Source: Phoronis australis (taxonomy: Eukaryota; Animalia; Phoronida). Taken from it: a stretch of 64,000 bases of DNA. The position numbers were made by a program, and so were the translations under genes. Shown here one piece after another: positions 1 through 11,861 of the stretch (position 1 is the stretch's first letter; each line of letters begins with the position of its first letter). Below the pieces are notes generated by a model that worked only from the letters and a program-made list of their open reading frames with translations, was not told the origin of the DNA and did no database searches. The stretch lies in contig NMRA01000026.1 of assembly GCA_002633005.1 (NCBI GenBank), forward strand, positions 891,073 through 955,072. The letters run 5' to 3'.

Positions 1-483
1 ATCAAAGCTGCAGTTACCAACAAAAGAAAAATGCACAGATGATGTGTGGTTTATATTTTGACAACAGGTGTCACTGCTGCTCCATTTTAGACGCACATAG
101 AAAAGCATGAAACAGGCGAAAACTCAAACATTTTAAATGGGGATATTCTTGCGGCACATCATATTATTAAAATAATGACATTTATTTTGCTTTTGGTATT
201 TTTAAAAAAAGATGAAGTACATGAAATTACAGCTCTGAAACACCAGTTTGGAGTTAAGCAAGGTCCATGTCCCTATATAAAGTACAGAATGGCAGTGGCA
301 TGTGAGTCTATTGAAAGCAGACACTCTGGCAACCAACCACGTGCTAATGATTGACAGGTCTACCAAATAGTTTGAAAATAGTTTGAATATTGCAACATTT
401 TAAATACTTTGTATATCTCTTTCCCAGTTGAAAGGGCCAACTTCCCAATTTGATTAAGTGGGAGTTTTAGTAATCTTTCAATG

Positions 484-616
484 TGGGTGTCCAAACTGGA
501 GAAATTCTGATTGACAGGGCGTCCAAATGATACATTGGGCGTCCTTGCCAGGGCGTCTACATTAGTGCTAGGGCGTCCAAATGGACGCCCAGGACGTACG
601 CTGCATGAAGGCCTGG
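484..616. mobile_element. hAT-like MITE end with GGGCGTCC/GGACGCCC subterminal repeats
   Basis: Repeated GGGYGTCC motifs end in ATGAAGGCCTG. Related ends occur at ~4457-4535, 41840-42215 and ~49000-49066. Confidence 0.55.
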
Positions 617-1490
617 GGGGGGGAATATGTGGCAACCTGGAGGTACATTGTAATGCATAGAGGGAACAAACGAAACTGAAATGATTTTCAACCAGGGGGG
701 CTTTTTTGCAGTGAACAGAGGGCACGACCCCGCTGTATCCTTTCCTGGCTAAGCCAGTGAATGCTGCAAATTGAGGCTACGGCTTGCCTGCATTTAACCA
801 CGCAACGGTTTGAATTCACACACAGCTAAATAAGCTCTTCTTAAATTGTGTGATTTTTTGCTAAATAATGCATGATGAACTGGCGTGCATGCAGTGTTGA
901 CCTCGGTTCAAACAGTAATCACTGGGGAGTTTTAAAAGCTGGTTAACTTAAATTCTTGCTAATGGCGAGTCACGTACCTTCAATGTGAACAAAACCCCAC
1001 TGCTTGTTAACCTGTATGCAGTGCCGGATTAGGGTTCCTTAGGATCCTAAGTTTTTAAAAACCTGGCGGCTATGGTAATTTTAGTCACATCCCATCCAGT
1101 AGCTACAATTTGACCTGTCACTCCCGATAAAAATTACGCTGCTTAAAAACAAACCAGCGGCATACCTTTAAGGATTACGGTCAGTCCGCCGCACTTATTT
1201 TGAACAAAAACAAATGCCAAAATAGTCATGTTTCCCTTAGTCAAAGGCCACTTACTAATTGCTACCAATAATGGAAACTTAACCACATGCTGTTTCATGA
1301 CACCTATACAGTACAAACCATGCTATAAAGCAATAATTGCAGGCGGTCTGGTACACGCTGTATCAGACATGCACAGGCCACTCAAGTGGGCCCCTTGCAC
1401 TGATCACTTGGCACCATTTTATGCTTTGTTAATTAATATGTAGTTAAACCAAGCTGAGAAGCTAGAGACACCACCCAAGGGTCAAGCAGT

Positions 1491-1568
1491 GAGCCTCAGT
1501 GCGACGCGAACCCACGATTTTGGGTAAAGGAAGTGGACACATATTCCACTATGCCCCACTGCCTCCTC
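1491..1568 (-). mobile_element. tRNA-derived SINE head (decayed)
   Basis: Similar to 61279-61353 (CGAACCCACGA...GTAAAGGAAG...CACTGC(C/T)TCCTCA), with a B-box-like GGTTCG on the minus strand. Confidence 0.5.
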
Positions 1569-1773
1569 ACAAACCAACCTAGAAATAGACTAAATTTTCT
1601 TTATCATTATTTTTATGGTGAAATTTGATGACACAGAAATTCACTAGTTGGCCATATTGTGTGCTAAATAACTGAAGAATTATCGTATAGGTTCCTAGGA
1701 AAGAATATTCTACATCTTCCTATTCCAAGTCAAAAATAAACTAGGGGAAAATTATTTGGCAGTTCTAGACATA

Positions 1774-1905
1774 AGCTACACTTGATCGACTTCGCCAGTT
1801 CCGCCGAGTCACCTGGTTCAGACATCTGATTGGTTTTCGAAGACAACTGCCAGCTTGCAGACCAGTCAGATGTCTTAGAATCGATGGAGTCGCTCAAGAG
1901 CAGCT
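1774..1905. repeat. Imperfect palindrome, probable MITE relic
   Basis: Inner arms GACATCTGATTGGT/ACCAGTCAGATGTC and outer arms AGCTACACTTGATCGACT/AGTCGCTCAAGAGCAGCT are reverse-complementary with mismatches. Confidence 0.45.
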
Positions 1906-4547
1906 ATTTTCAACAACAGAGTTCCTGCCGTGCATTAAACCAGCGATCACAAGCCAGTCTCTGGTGTCAATAAATCTCTGTCACAATTTTTCCTACGCCC
2001 ACCAACTGTTGAGTACAGGTCTCATTTCAATCTGGTTTGAGCTAAGTAATTAGCTAATACAGACATGGGAATGTAAAATTTAATCTTCTCATCTTTGAAC
2101 GCTCTTTAAATGTAGAGATCACGAGATGAAATTTCATTCCATGAAACATTTCCCATCATTCACCGCTATTCAGAGCGAAAATTGTAAGAATTCAAAACAT
2201 TTCTCAAAACATTCCCATCTCACACCATTGCTTAAAAAATCCCATAAAAATCCTTGGTTTCTCAAAACACAGACCATGTTTTATATGAGATATAAATTAT
2301 TGATCATGGCATTTCATCACGACAGAACGCCCATCTTTGATACCGAGGGGTTGATGGGATATGAGTAAGTGAATTGTTCCTCAAGGACACCATAAGACGC
2401 TGTCTAATACCAGGAGACCTAACAAACTCAATCAACTTCTGCAGTCTCATTTCAGCTTTTTTCACACTGGGAATCACAGAATTTGAACAGGCATAAATAG
2501 TCTCCAAAGCAGTACATGCTTCAGTCAATTAGCGGAATTATTCTAAACCTTTAATCAATTTCGAGCATCACACTCCTCTAATAAAAAGTACTGTTTTAGA
2601 AAGGTAATTAAGCGTTTTGTACATATTTGCATTTCAGCCTAGCATGGTGAACAGCCAATCGACGAGCTTTTCTTCTCGCAATGCAAAGTGCCTGTAATGT
2701 AGGAAGTGGATTGTGGCTCCCAACTGTAATTAAGTACTACACAAGTCTACGGGTTATAGAGGCAAACAATACATTGTGCCACAGTTTTACAGAAACAATT
2801 TGTCACCCCATTCTGCCAACTAGTAAGCATTCATGCGACTCAGATCACTCCAAAAAATACCACCATTTCCTACTGATTCTAAAAGCTACTGCTTTCTTGT
2901 ATAGGGAGACAAAAACTTTCAAAAATGATGAAGGGAACTTGTAAAATGACACTGCTGTATTCCCCATGAGTAGAAGTATACTGCCAAATTTCTGGATTGT
3001 GATCAGGTTTTACTGTGTGGCAATAACTGTCACCATAATTAGAATGATTTTCCCTCCAATAACTCACGGGGAAATCAGGTCGCAAGCTCATCCTCTTTCT
3101 TTCGTATAATAAAGATAATGGCAACCATTTATCAGTAACGGGCTGATGTGCGCCCAAGGTATGATATCCATGTGACCTGTATTGTTATGTCCAACAAAGA
3201 CGCAACAAAGGAAAACAATGGAAGTGTCCCATAGGTGATAACCACAGGACATCCAAAATTTGAGGGACGTGGATTCCACTATTTTTCCACTCATGATTGA
3301 GAAATATATTTCAGAAAAACTTCCGTAACAATGACATGTATGAATAGAACCAAAATTTTAAAGCAGCATCACTGTAAAATCACACCAATTATGGACAAAA
3401 ACACATGCCAAAATCATTGCCCTTTTCTCATTTTTCAAGGTGTTCATATAATGCTGTGAGTGTTCAGAAGTTTTCGAAATTTTGGGTGACCGTAGTCGGT
3501 AGACATAGATGCCTTACAAAACTTGAAATTGATAAAGCATTATTTTTGTGCTACATACCTTCATCAAATAACAAGAAAAATAAAAGTTAAGCTCTCAGCC
3601 AAATTATGTCCTAAATTGATGAGATTTTGACATAAATCTGTGCTTTTTGTCAATAAAACAATTGCAAATTTTTAATTAAATGAATTATCATACATATGGT
3701 GGAATAATAAATGAAAAGAATCACTTATTTTGGCACACAGCGAATATTTGAAAAGAAATCGAACAATACCACAACACCTCACATTAGTGACAGCTACACC
3801 TGTCAATAACCATGATGGCACCCAGGTTAACATTTGATGGCACATACAAGTTTCCATGCTCCGCTGTTAAATCCACCTTAACTTGCGCTCTTAACTTCAA
3901 CCCGAGAGTGAAGTTAAATGTTCATAATTACTAGCATTCCCTAAAACATTGGTGTCACAACATTGGCATGAAAAGCCCTTAAGACACACGTAGCAGCTTG
4001 CACTAAAATTTCTGAAAAAAAAACTAATACAAAACTAGATGTTAAATTCAAGCAGTGACACATTTTTTAACAAATTTTGGTACTCCAGTCTCAGGTTTTA
4101 AACATTTGTATTTTTCTGAAGTGATAACCTTTGATCTAGCAACATACTGTTGCCCTTTTTATTTGCCATTGGTAACATTACAGGTGTGTTTCACAACAAG
4201 AATATTGATTGAATCTAGAGAAATTATAAATATTTATGGCCAAAAAACACTGTAAGGTTTTGGACCTGTGCTTATTAATACGTTTTTTGCCTTGAGAGGA
4301 TCCTACATGTGTGGTATATATGGAATGTACTGCTCAGAAAGCCAAAATTTTCACTTAGTTTTCCATCAAACCAGTTCATTTTAGGTTAGAAATGCCTGGA
4401 GGGATTTTTACCTCAGTCGATGTATGTGGAATCTGACGCTCAGCGACACGGCTTCACAGGCCTTCACTTAAGAGGGTGGCCAGGGCGTACAAATGGACAC
4501 CCCGACTCAAATTTAGACACCCTCAGTTGGCCAGGGACAATGTAACA

Positions 4548-4760
4548 GTTGACGATACCAGTGGCCCCTGGCAATAACTTCGATTGGACCGGAGTTAAGC
4601 GTTCATACTGCACCGCAGCGTCAACGCTGCACTATTAAATCCATTTATTAATTGCGATTTTAACTGGAGCTGTTAACTGCGATCCAGGACTGGAGTTAAG
4701 CGTTCATACTGACCGCAACTCCCCAAACCATCAACGCATCGATGTTAGTATAAACGGTCC
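4548..4760 (+). mobile_element. Partial copy of the 7.9-9.0 kb Harbinger-like MITE, followed by a (CA)n tract to ~4802
   Basis: Aligns with ~8199-8414 (CATACTGCACC, TACTGACCGCAACTC, GTTAGTAT). Confidence 0.7.
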
Positions 4761-7700
4761 TACACACACACACGCACGCACGCACACACGCACACACACA
4801 CAAGTAATGCCCCTAGTCTTAGCTCAATGCCTGCTCACCATCCCAGGTGTCTTGGGTAGTGGGATTAGAGCTGTAACTAATTTGGCTATATTCATGCTGG
4901 TATTATTTGCCTAGACAGTATTATTTGACTTCCAGTGAGATTCACAAACATAGACTACTTGCTGTCACTTGCTTGGATTCAGTTTTAACAAATGGTGCAG
5001 GGTTATGGAACATGATCTCAGGGAGATAAATGAAGATGTGTTATTGGTAATCCCCCAAGTGGATATTCTGGTGTTATCTCTTTATGAGGCAGAGAATACC
5101 TATAGTTTGGAGTCAGGGAGGTGTGTTGGGTGGGACCCATTGTATCCTATGACAGGATACACCAGTCACATGTACTCAGATCAAATTCACCGGATACTCC
5201 ACAATAAGTGAGGCACCACAAACCTGGGGCATGGGAAAGAAGGAAGGAATAGATCAGTTTCACTTCATTAAAAGGGAATGTAGATAATACAGTCATCCTA
5301 CCACAAAGCCACAAAGTCTGAAATAAGATCACAGCAATAAACTTGATAAATAGTTTGAAAATGCAGTAGTCCTGTTCATAGTTTTTGCTTTTAATACCAC
5401 ATTCATGAGCTTGGGGACATCAGCTCTTGGAAGCAAATCAACATTTTCAGGCTCAGTCATCACAGGATGTATAGCTCCAACGGTCCATTGTATCAAAAGC
5501 TGTGTTTGGATCAACTAAACCTGGTTGTAATTTTATAGTAACTGCTATGTAGTCGGCACACTTCATATCAACAGTTGTACCTTAGTTCATGAGTTTAGTC
5601 ACTAGTTGTCAGTGTTATCACCCAAGTTAATGCCTCGATGCCACATTGCTTCCAATGAAATTTGACAGCGGTGCCACCTACAGAGTTGCAATTTTCCCAA
5701 CTGCTGCGTTCACACCGAGATATAATGGTCACAAACTCTCGTTAAAACACCCTCGTAGAGGGTTCTAACCACACCAGAGCTACAACTTTCAAATACTATT
5801 TAAAGTGTTCAGAGGGAGACTTGGAGGGTTATTTTTAAATGGGTTTTATAAGTTATAGCTGCTTATGTATGGACATTACAAAAGGCTGTAAGCCCAGGCT
5901 TAGCTCTAAGACCACCCATAACTTTTGATTTTTACTGGCTCCATAGACACCGCATAATAGTTATTAAAATAGATATTTGTACACTTTATGGAGGCACACA
6001 GTTCATTAAGTCTGAAAGTAAGTAAACTGATCAAGCTGCATAGCATTCCGTTCACCTGGTTAAAAAATAAAAAGTCCGCGATTTTGAACAGATAAACCTC
6101 TTTTATTCTAGAGACTTAGATATATACTATATGCAGAACTGGTGCAGTCAGCCCCTTAATGTTTTTCACCCATGGACGCAGCCCCTCGATATAATTTTTA
6201 AAATGTACAAAATTTTGTCCTAGATTGAAATCATGACAGTACCATATACATAAAAACACATAGGCCTATCTTTGGTTTCCGCTTTTTTTCCAGGACTAGA
6301 TCACAGATGGTGGACCACAAACATATGAGTGCTCGTGATACATTCCTACATCACCATAATATACAAATGTACCCAACAAGTCCAGCGTTAATGAACATTA
6401 CTTATAAGTGCACGTGATCCTGAAGACATACGCAGGATGACACCTCAGTGCAAACATCCATAGTAATACGCCTGAGAGACTCTTCATTTCCATGACAAAC
6501 ATCCAATATTCTGAAAACCATGTGGGTATTGGCCTAATGGCAAAAAATTTCCAACTCAACAACCATGTAAATCAATTACTTAAAATAGCACAGACAGAAC
6601 ACTGCTAGCCAATTATTAAGTATAACTGGATTCAATATCAAAGGCAATACTCAATACGGGATTGTACGTTTTTGAACTTGTCATCAAAAATTGTCTGAAA
6701 ATATAGTATTACACAACTGTATAACAGCCCCTCCAATGCTATACCATAGAGTGAAGGGTAATTCTATGGTAGAACCATGTGAAATGTAGACTGACACAGA
6801 AAAATCTGTCATCGCCATCATCTTCATCATCAATTCCATCAACCTCATCACCATGATTGCCATGTCCTTTAACATGTTTGGCAGAGATGTACGTTCTGCG
6901 ACTGCTTTCAAATTAGGCTAAGAAGTCAATCAAGTACATCCTCCTCATTTCCTAACAACTCTTTAAAATCCAATCATGTCGGTTACAATAAACACATCAC
7001 CATCTCCACCCCACCCCACCCCCATCTTTCCCCTCCCCCGTCTAATCTTAAGGGCCATTTCTGACTACCTTATGAATAAAACCATCCTTCAAACTACAAA
7101 ACATTGCCTGAATACACCAAACAGTCAGGAGGGAAATATTTGATGAGATCATACATAACATGTCAGCTTATTTAACAATGTTCCGTTATTATATGGACAA
7201 TCAAGCAATAACTCAAAATATAAATCCCATTACATGCCCTCCACTGAAAGACCAGGCCTCCATAAACACACAGAAGGTCTTAGTAAATAAATAGGGGAGG
7301 GATAACACTGCTACTACCTAATGGTGATCTAGAAGTAACCTACAGTGAACTATGCAATGACTACCCTCAGGGTTTTCTATACTACAATAGGAAATACATT
7401 TTATATACTCCAGTTAAAGTACCAAAGTTTACCTAAATGGACCTGCACAGCAGAAATAGGTAGACAACTAACACCTGGGGGGCATTATGCTGAATAATTG
7501 CTCTAGCAATCGAAATAAGGTTAACTTAGATAGTTACCCTGGTGCATTTGATCACAGTCAAGGGGTATAATTATCTATCAATTAGACATTTAGTAAATCC
7601 TAATATGTTTAGAAATGTCTACAAATTCATCACAGGACACAGATTCCTTAATTTGGGATGACCTTTCCAGGAAGTCAATTCAGGTCACAGAAAACAGTCA

Positions 7701-7891
7701 GAAGATGGAAATTTCCTCACTTTTCCCATAGTCGTCTCAGGAAACACCCCCAATTTTCACAAAATATCACTTTTAAATGCCTCAGTTCGTTACTACGTCC
7801 ACCACCAACTGAATCTATACAGTCTAGAATTCTACTTCTTTAATATGTCCAAACATGTTAACTTTTAGAGGGGACAGCTTGGAAATTTATT

Positions 7892-8414
7892 GGCCCTTTC
7901 GTACTGACTTAATTCCGGTCTGAGCGGAGCATGGACGTCGGTAAGCTGCGAAGTTAACTGAACTGTTCATACTGGCTTCGGTAGTTAACAGACATCGAAG
8001 TAAACGGTAGGTGATGCTGCTGTCATCGAAATAATCGCAAGGTAGCGCTAATGCATTGCATGCACTCTAAGATTTTTTTAATTTGATAAGTTGGGAACAT
8101 TTACATGTACTAATTGGTATGAATCTTATTTTTAATTTGATTGGTGATTATTTGAGCAAAATATTAGCAGCTATTAGCGATGACACTGCCCTTTAATTGT
8201 TGACGATAACAGTGACCCCTAGCGATAACTTCGATGGGACCGAAGTTGACCGGTCATACTGCACCCCAGCATCAACACTTCACTGTTAAATCCACTTGTT
8301 TACTGCAAAGTTAATTGGCGCTGTTAACTTCGATTCAGGACTGAAGTTAACCCTTTATACTGACCGCAACTCTCCAAAACATCGACCGAAGTGCCGACGT
8401 TAGTATGAAAGGGC
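7892..8414 (+). mobile_element. Non-autonomous TIR element (PIF/Harbinger-like MITE), copy 1
   Basis: TIRs GCCCTTTCGTACTGAC ... GTTAGTATGAAAGGGC; ~520 bp; non-coding. Confidence 0.7.
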
Positions 8415-8461
8415 ATTATTTATGAATTGACGAGATGGATACTGTGCGATTGGTTAAGTCA

Positions 8462-8989
8462 GCCCTTTCACGCTGACAACGACGCGTCGATGGTTTGGGG
8501 AGTTGCGGTTAGTATGAATAATTTTGCCACTTACGGTAATATCGCAGTGGACTTAAGGGCAGACCATCGACGCTGTGGTGCAGACTGAATGGTCAACTTC
8601 AGTCTTATTAAAGTTATCACCAGAGGCCACTGTTACGGTATCATCAACAAAGGAGAGTGTCATCGCTACTATTTTCCAATATGGTGTGTAAATAATCACA
8701 CTCAAATTAGAAATAAGTTTTATGTCAATTAGCACATGTTAATGTTCTCAACTTGTCACATTAAAAATATCTTTATGTACACAGAAGAAAAAACCTGCCA
8801 TTTCTCGGATGTCACCCTAGTACGTTAGTGGCTCAGTGCCACCTTGCGATTACTTCGATGACAACAGCATCACATACCGTTCCTTTCGATGCCGTTAACT
8901 ACTGAATCCGTATGAATAGTTCAACTAAGCTTGCAGTTTACATCAATTCTCACTCATACCATCTAGAGTTAAGTTGGTGCGAAAGCGAC
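8462..8989 (-). mobile_element. Same MITE family, copy 2, inverted
   Basis: Begins GCCCTTTCACGCTGAC. Internal blocks are the reverse complement of 7892-8414 (e.g. GGAGTTGCGGTTAGTA; ACCTTGCGATTACTTCGATGACAACAGCATCAC). Confidence 0.7.
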
Positions 8990-10437
8990 AAGTGAACGAG
9001 TGGCTTAAATAGTCCAATCCTGTTCTCACGCTTTCAATCATGACATGTTGTACTTTGAAGGGCTATATTTTCAATAGAGGATTGAAAAATAAAGAAATTA
9101 AATTAATTCACCTATCAAAAATATATACGATTCATTCAGCTGGCACCAAACAACAGTCACAAACGTACCATTATGTCATACCACGACTGCATTTGAAGTG
9201 ACTGGCATCAGGGCATGCACTACACCCTGGATGGGGTAATCTGAAATCTCTCCAATTATTTCGAGCAAAATAAGTTAAATATAGTTTCCTGGTTGTCAGA
9301 GTGTGTCAAATAATATAGAGACTTTGTAGTTGATGAGTGCCAAGAAACTAACAGAGTAACTAAGCATTGCCAACTGGCTGTGAGTTTATTTAATGCAATG
9401 TGTTCCAGGAGTTGCCAATGTGATCCAATTAAGAGTAATTAATTAAATTACTTCGTGTTGTTCCAGTATCAGAGCACTTTACCCCATCATTGGTGAAACA
9501 CTCTTTTGAACATACTACTCCGTGTGACACCCCTTTTTCCTTATATTTACAACTGTGTGAGAAATCCCATATCCCTCATTAACGCAGTTAAAGAGGTGTG
9601 GTATTGCAAGAATTTATGAAAGGGCTTTGATATTTTTTAAAGTACAAAACTCAACTGTGTGCAAGGAAGAAATTCCCACCTACTATTGGACAGGTGTGCA
9701 AAATTAGGTGAGTGAGTTAAATAAATGGTAACTGCAGCACCGGTTAACATCTACCCTGTTCCAGATATTCAACAAATATATTGTACCCACCTCTCACAGC
9801 TTAAACGCCCTCACCTGGGCGAGTGCGGTTAAGCATTAATCAGCAACTTCAGATGTACCAAAAAGTGTATGCGTTTCAAAATTAATTGCTGGCTCCTAAT
9901 TTAGTAGAAACGACACCATTTTAATTAAAGATCAACAGTTTGAAATCCTGTGAAATCCTCAATGCATCGTGGGAATTGGCCTCTAGTGTTTAGCAGGTTA
10001 GTTAGTCAATTTTAAGCCTGTAGGCCTAACATCGCTTGGTTTATATATCCACAATCCATGCAGACATGCAGTCAAGTCATAGATAGGTCTACTCTTATAT
10101 TGGTAGCTTGTGCTCAAACTGTACTGGGCTTTGGACCACTCCAGAATGCTTCTCATGGTGTAACGAAGGATTGCCCCCTCTGCCTCTATATGTCATTAGT
10201 ACCCTCCTACACAGTCTGTGCCTGTCAGACATGTTAAATTTCAATGAAAATAATAAAGGCCGCTGGCCATCCTAACCGTTTTATGGCTCAACACAAAAGG
10301 TAGGCTAAATTAGACTGTCAAAAAATCACCCTTGATAAGTTGATGCCATGTGGCTATCGTAGTGAGGTTTGATTACACAATGTTGGAATGTCATGGAAGG
10401 AGCCAAAAACAGTTAGGCCTACGATTATTCAACTCAC

Positions 10438-10513
10438 CATAGCCCAACACGGCTGTCACGAGGAGCGCTACAAGCACGGCTGCTACTACACGTCCCGGCC
10501 ACAGCGTGTCCAT
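10438..10513 (-). CDS. First coding exon (signal peptide MDTLWPGRVVAAVLVALLVTAVLGY) of a secreted or membrane protein gene running leftwards
   Basis: ATG at 10513, a hydrophobic core and a VLG-Y cleavage-like site, then a consensus G|GTGAGT phase-1 donor. It lies next to a CCAAT/CpG-rich promoter. Downstream exons are not securely identified. Confidence 0.7.
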
Positions 10514-10559
10514 TCTTATGTGATATACAATCCCGGGTTACTTTCTGCGCTAACTTCAA

Positions 10560-10980
10560 TGAGTTTTACTAAAATATTCACATCACTTGCAAATTGTTTT
10601 CTCAGTCATGTCGGGATAGTTTATACCGCTCAACCACACAGTATTTCACCGCAACGACGGCCCGCGCGCTTACTCAAGCCAATCATTCTGAAAGCGTACT
10701 CTTGTCTACGCGGTTTTGTTTCCAGTATTTACAACTCTATAACCACATGTCTATTCACCTGAGTAAGCCGACTCCCATAAAAACATTTGGCCAATCAGAG
10801 CTCAAATTTCTTGATTGACGTTCGTGTTTTACTGGAAGCCGCCAATGGCGCGCTCTCAAGCGGCAACTGCGTAAACTACAGGGAATCCCACCGATGGTTT
10901 TTAGGCTGATGAACCATGTCCCAGCAGAAGACGAGCAGAACGAATGGGAAGCTAAATTTTTTTCAAATTTTGAAACGAAT
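10560..10980. promoter_or_regulatory. CpG-rich promoter with three CCAAT boxes, possibly bidirectional
   Basis: CCAAT at 10679, 10791 and 10842; GGCGCGC at ~10847; TTTGAA at ~10969. It sits between divergent gene models. Confidence 0.5.
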
Positions 10981-11861
10981 GGGTACTTATTTTTGAAACT
11001 ACTCAAGACTAACACTGTATTTTTCAATGGAATAGATAATCGTTGTTACATCTGTATCATTTACCCATATTTTGTTCAATAAACCATGGAGTTCTAGAGA
11101 AGTCCATAAATAAACGTAAAATATACAAAAAGTATTCATCCACCGTTTCTAATTTTTAAAAACATAAATCTACACAGAAACTACTTCGGCAATGTCTTCT
11201 AAATATCTTTAAATGTGATTTCTGGCTGATTTTACAACCTCGTTTGTTATCAAGAATTCCTGACGTCATGGAAACGCGAACGGATTGGGGAGTCAAGACC
11301 ACCCAACTTCAGACAGACCGAACTTGTCATACTTACTTCATTTATTCATTTATTCATTTACTTTCAAATTTGTTCATAGTAGCTCGATCAGTGCTGTTAA
11401 TGTTCTTCATCGGGACTCGTTTGCAGAACTAACCGTAAAACACGGAATATGAACAAGATTAAATAAATTAACGACTACAAAATTTATCTTAAGAGTTAAA
11501 AGATAGTAGTTTTGGTTGGCCATTTAGGCAGTAGCGGGTTAACCTAACGACGAGGCATGAAGTGACATTAACGCGTTGGCGAAGTGGGCAAAAACGTCCG
11601 CCTCAGAGAAATAAACAGTCCGAGAAAACGAGACAAAATTCCATAGGAATTCGGCGCGAATGCACAATTCATAGGTCTGAACGTAGTATCCCGTTTTTTG
11701 AAAATTTCGACCCCCCCCATTATATTTTAGACTGGGTGCCCGCGTATACCGTCGAGAATTTTTTTTTTCTGAAATCAGCACCAGTGCGTAATATAACCTA
11801 AAACTCAAGACGTAGCCAAGCTCTCTGCAGGTTTAGCTAAGTCGCCACACACTACGGTACA

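Noticed and set aside
978-1011. Candidate minus-strand exon VNKQWGFVHIE of the signal-peptide gene
   Set aside because: It has a weak acceptor and no protein-level support.
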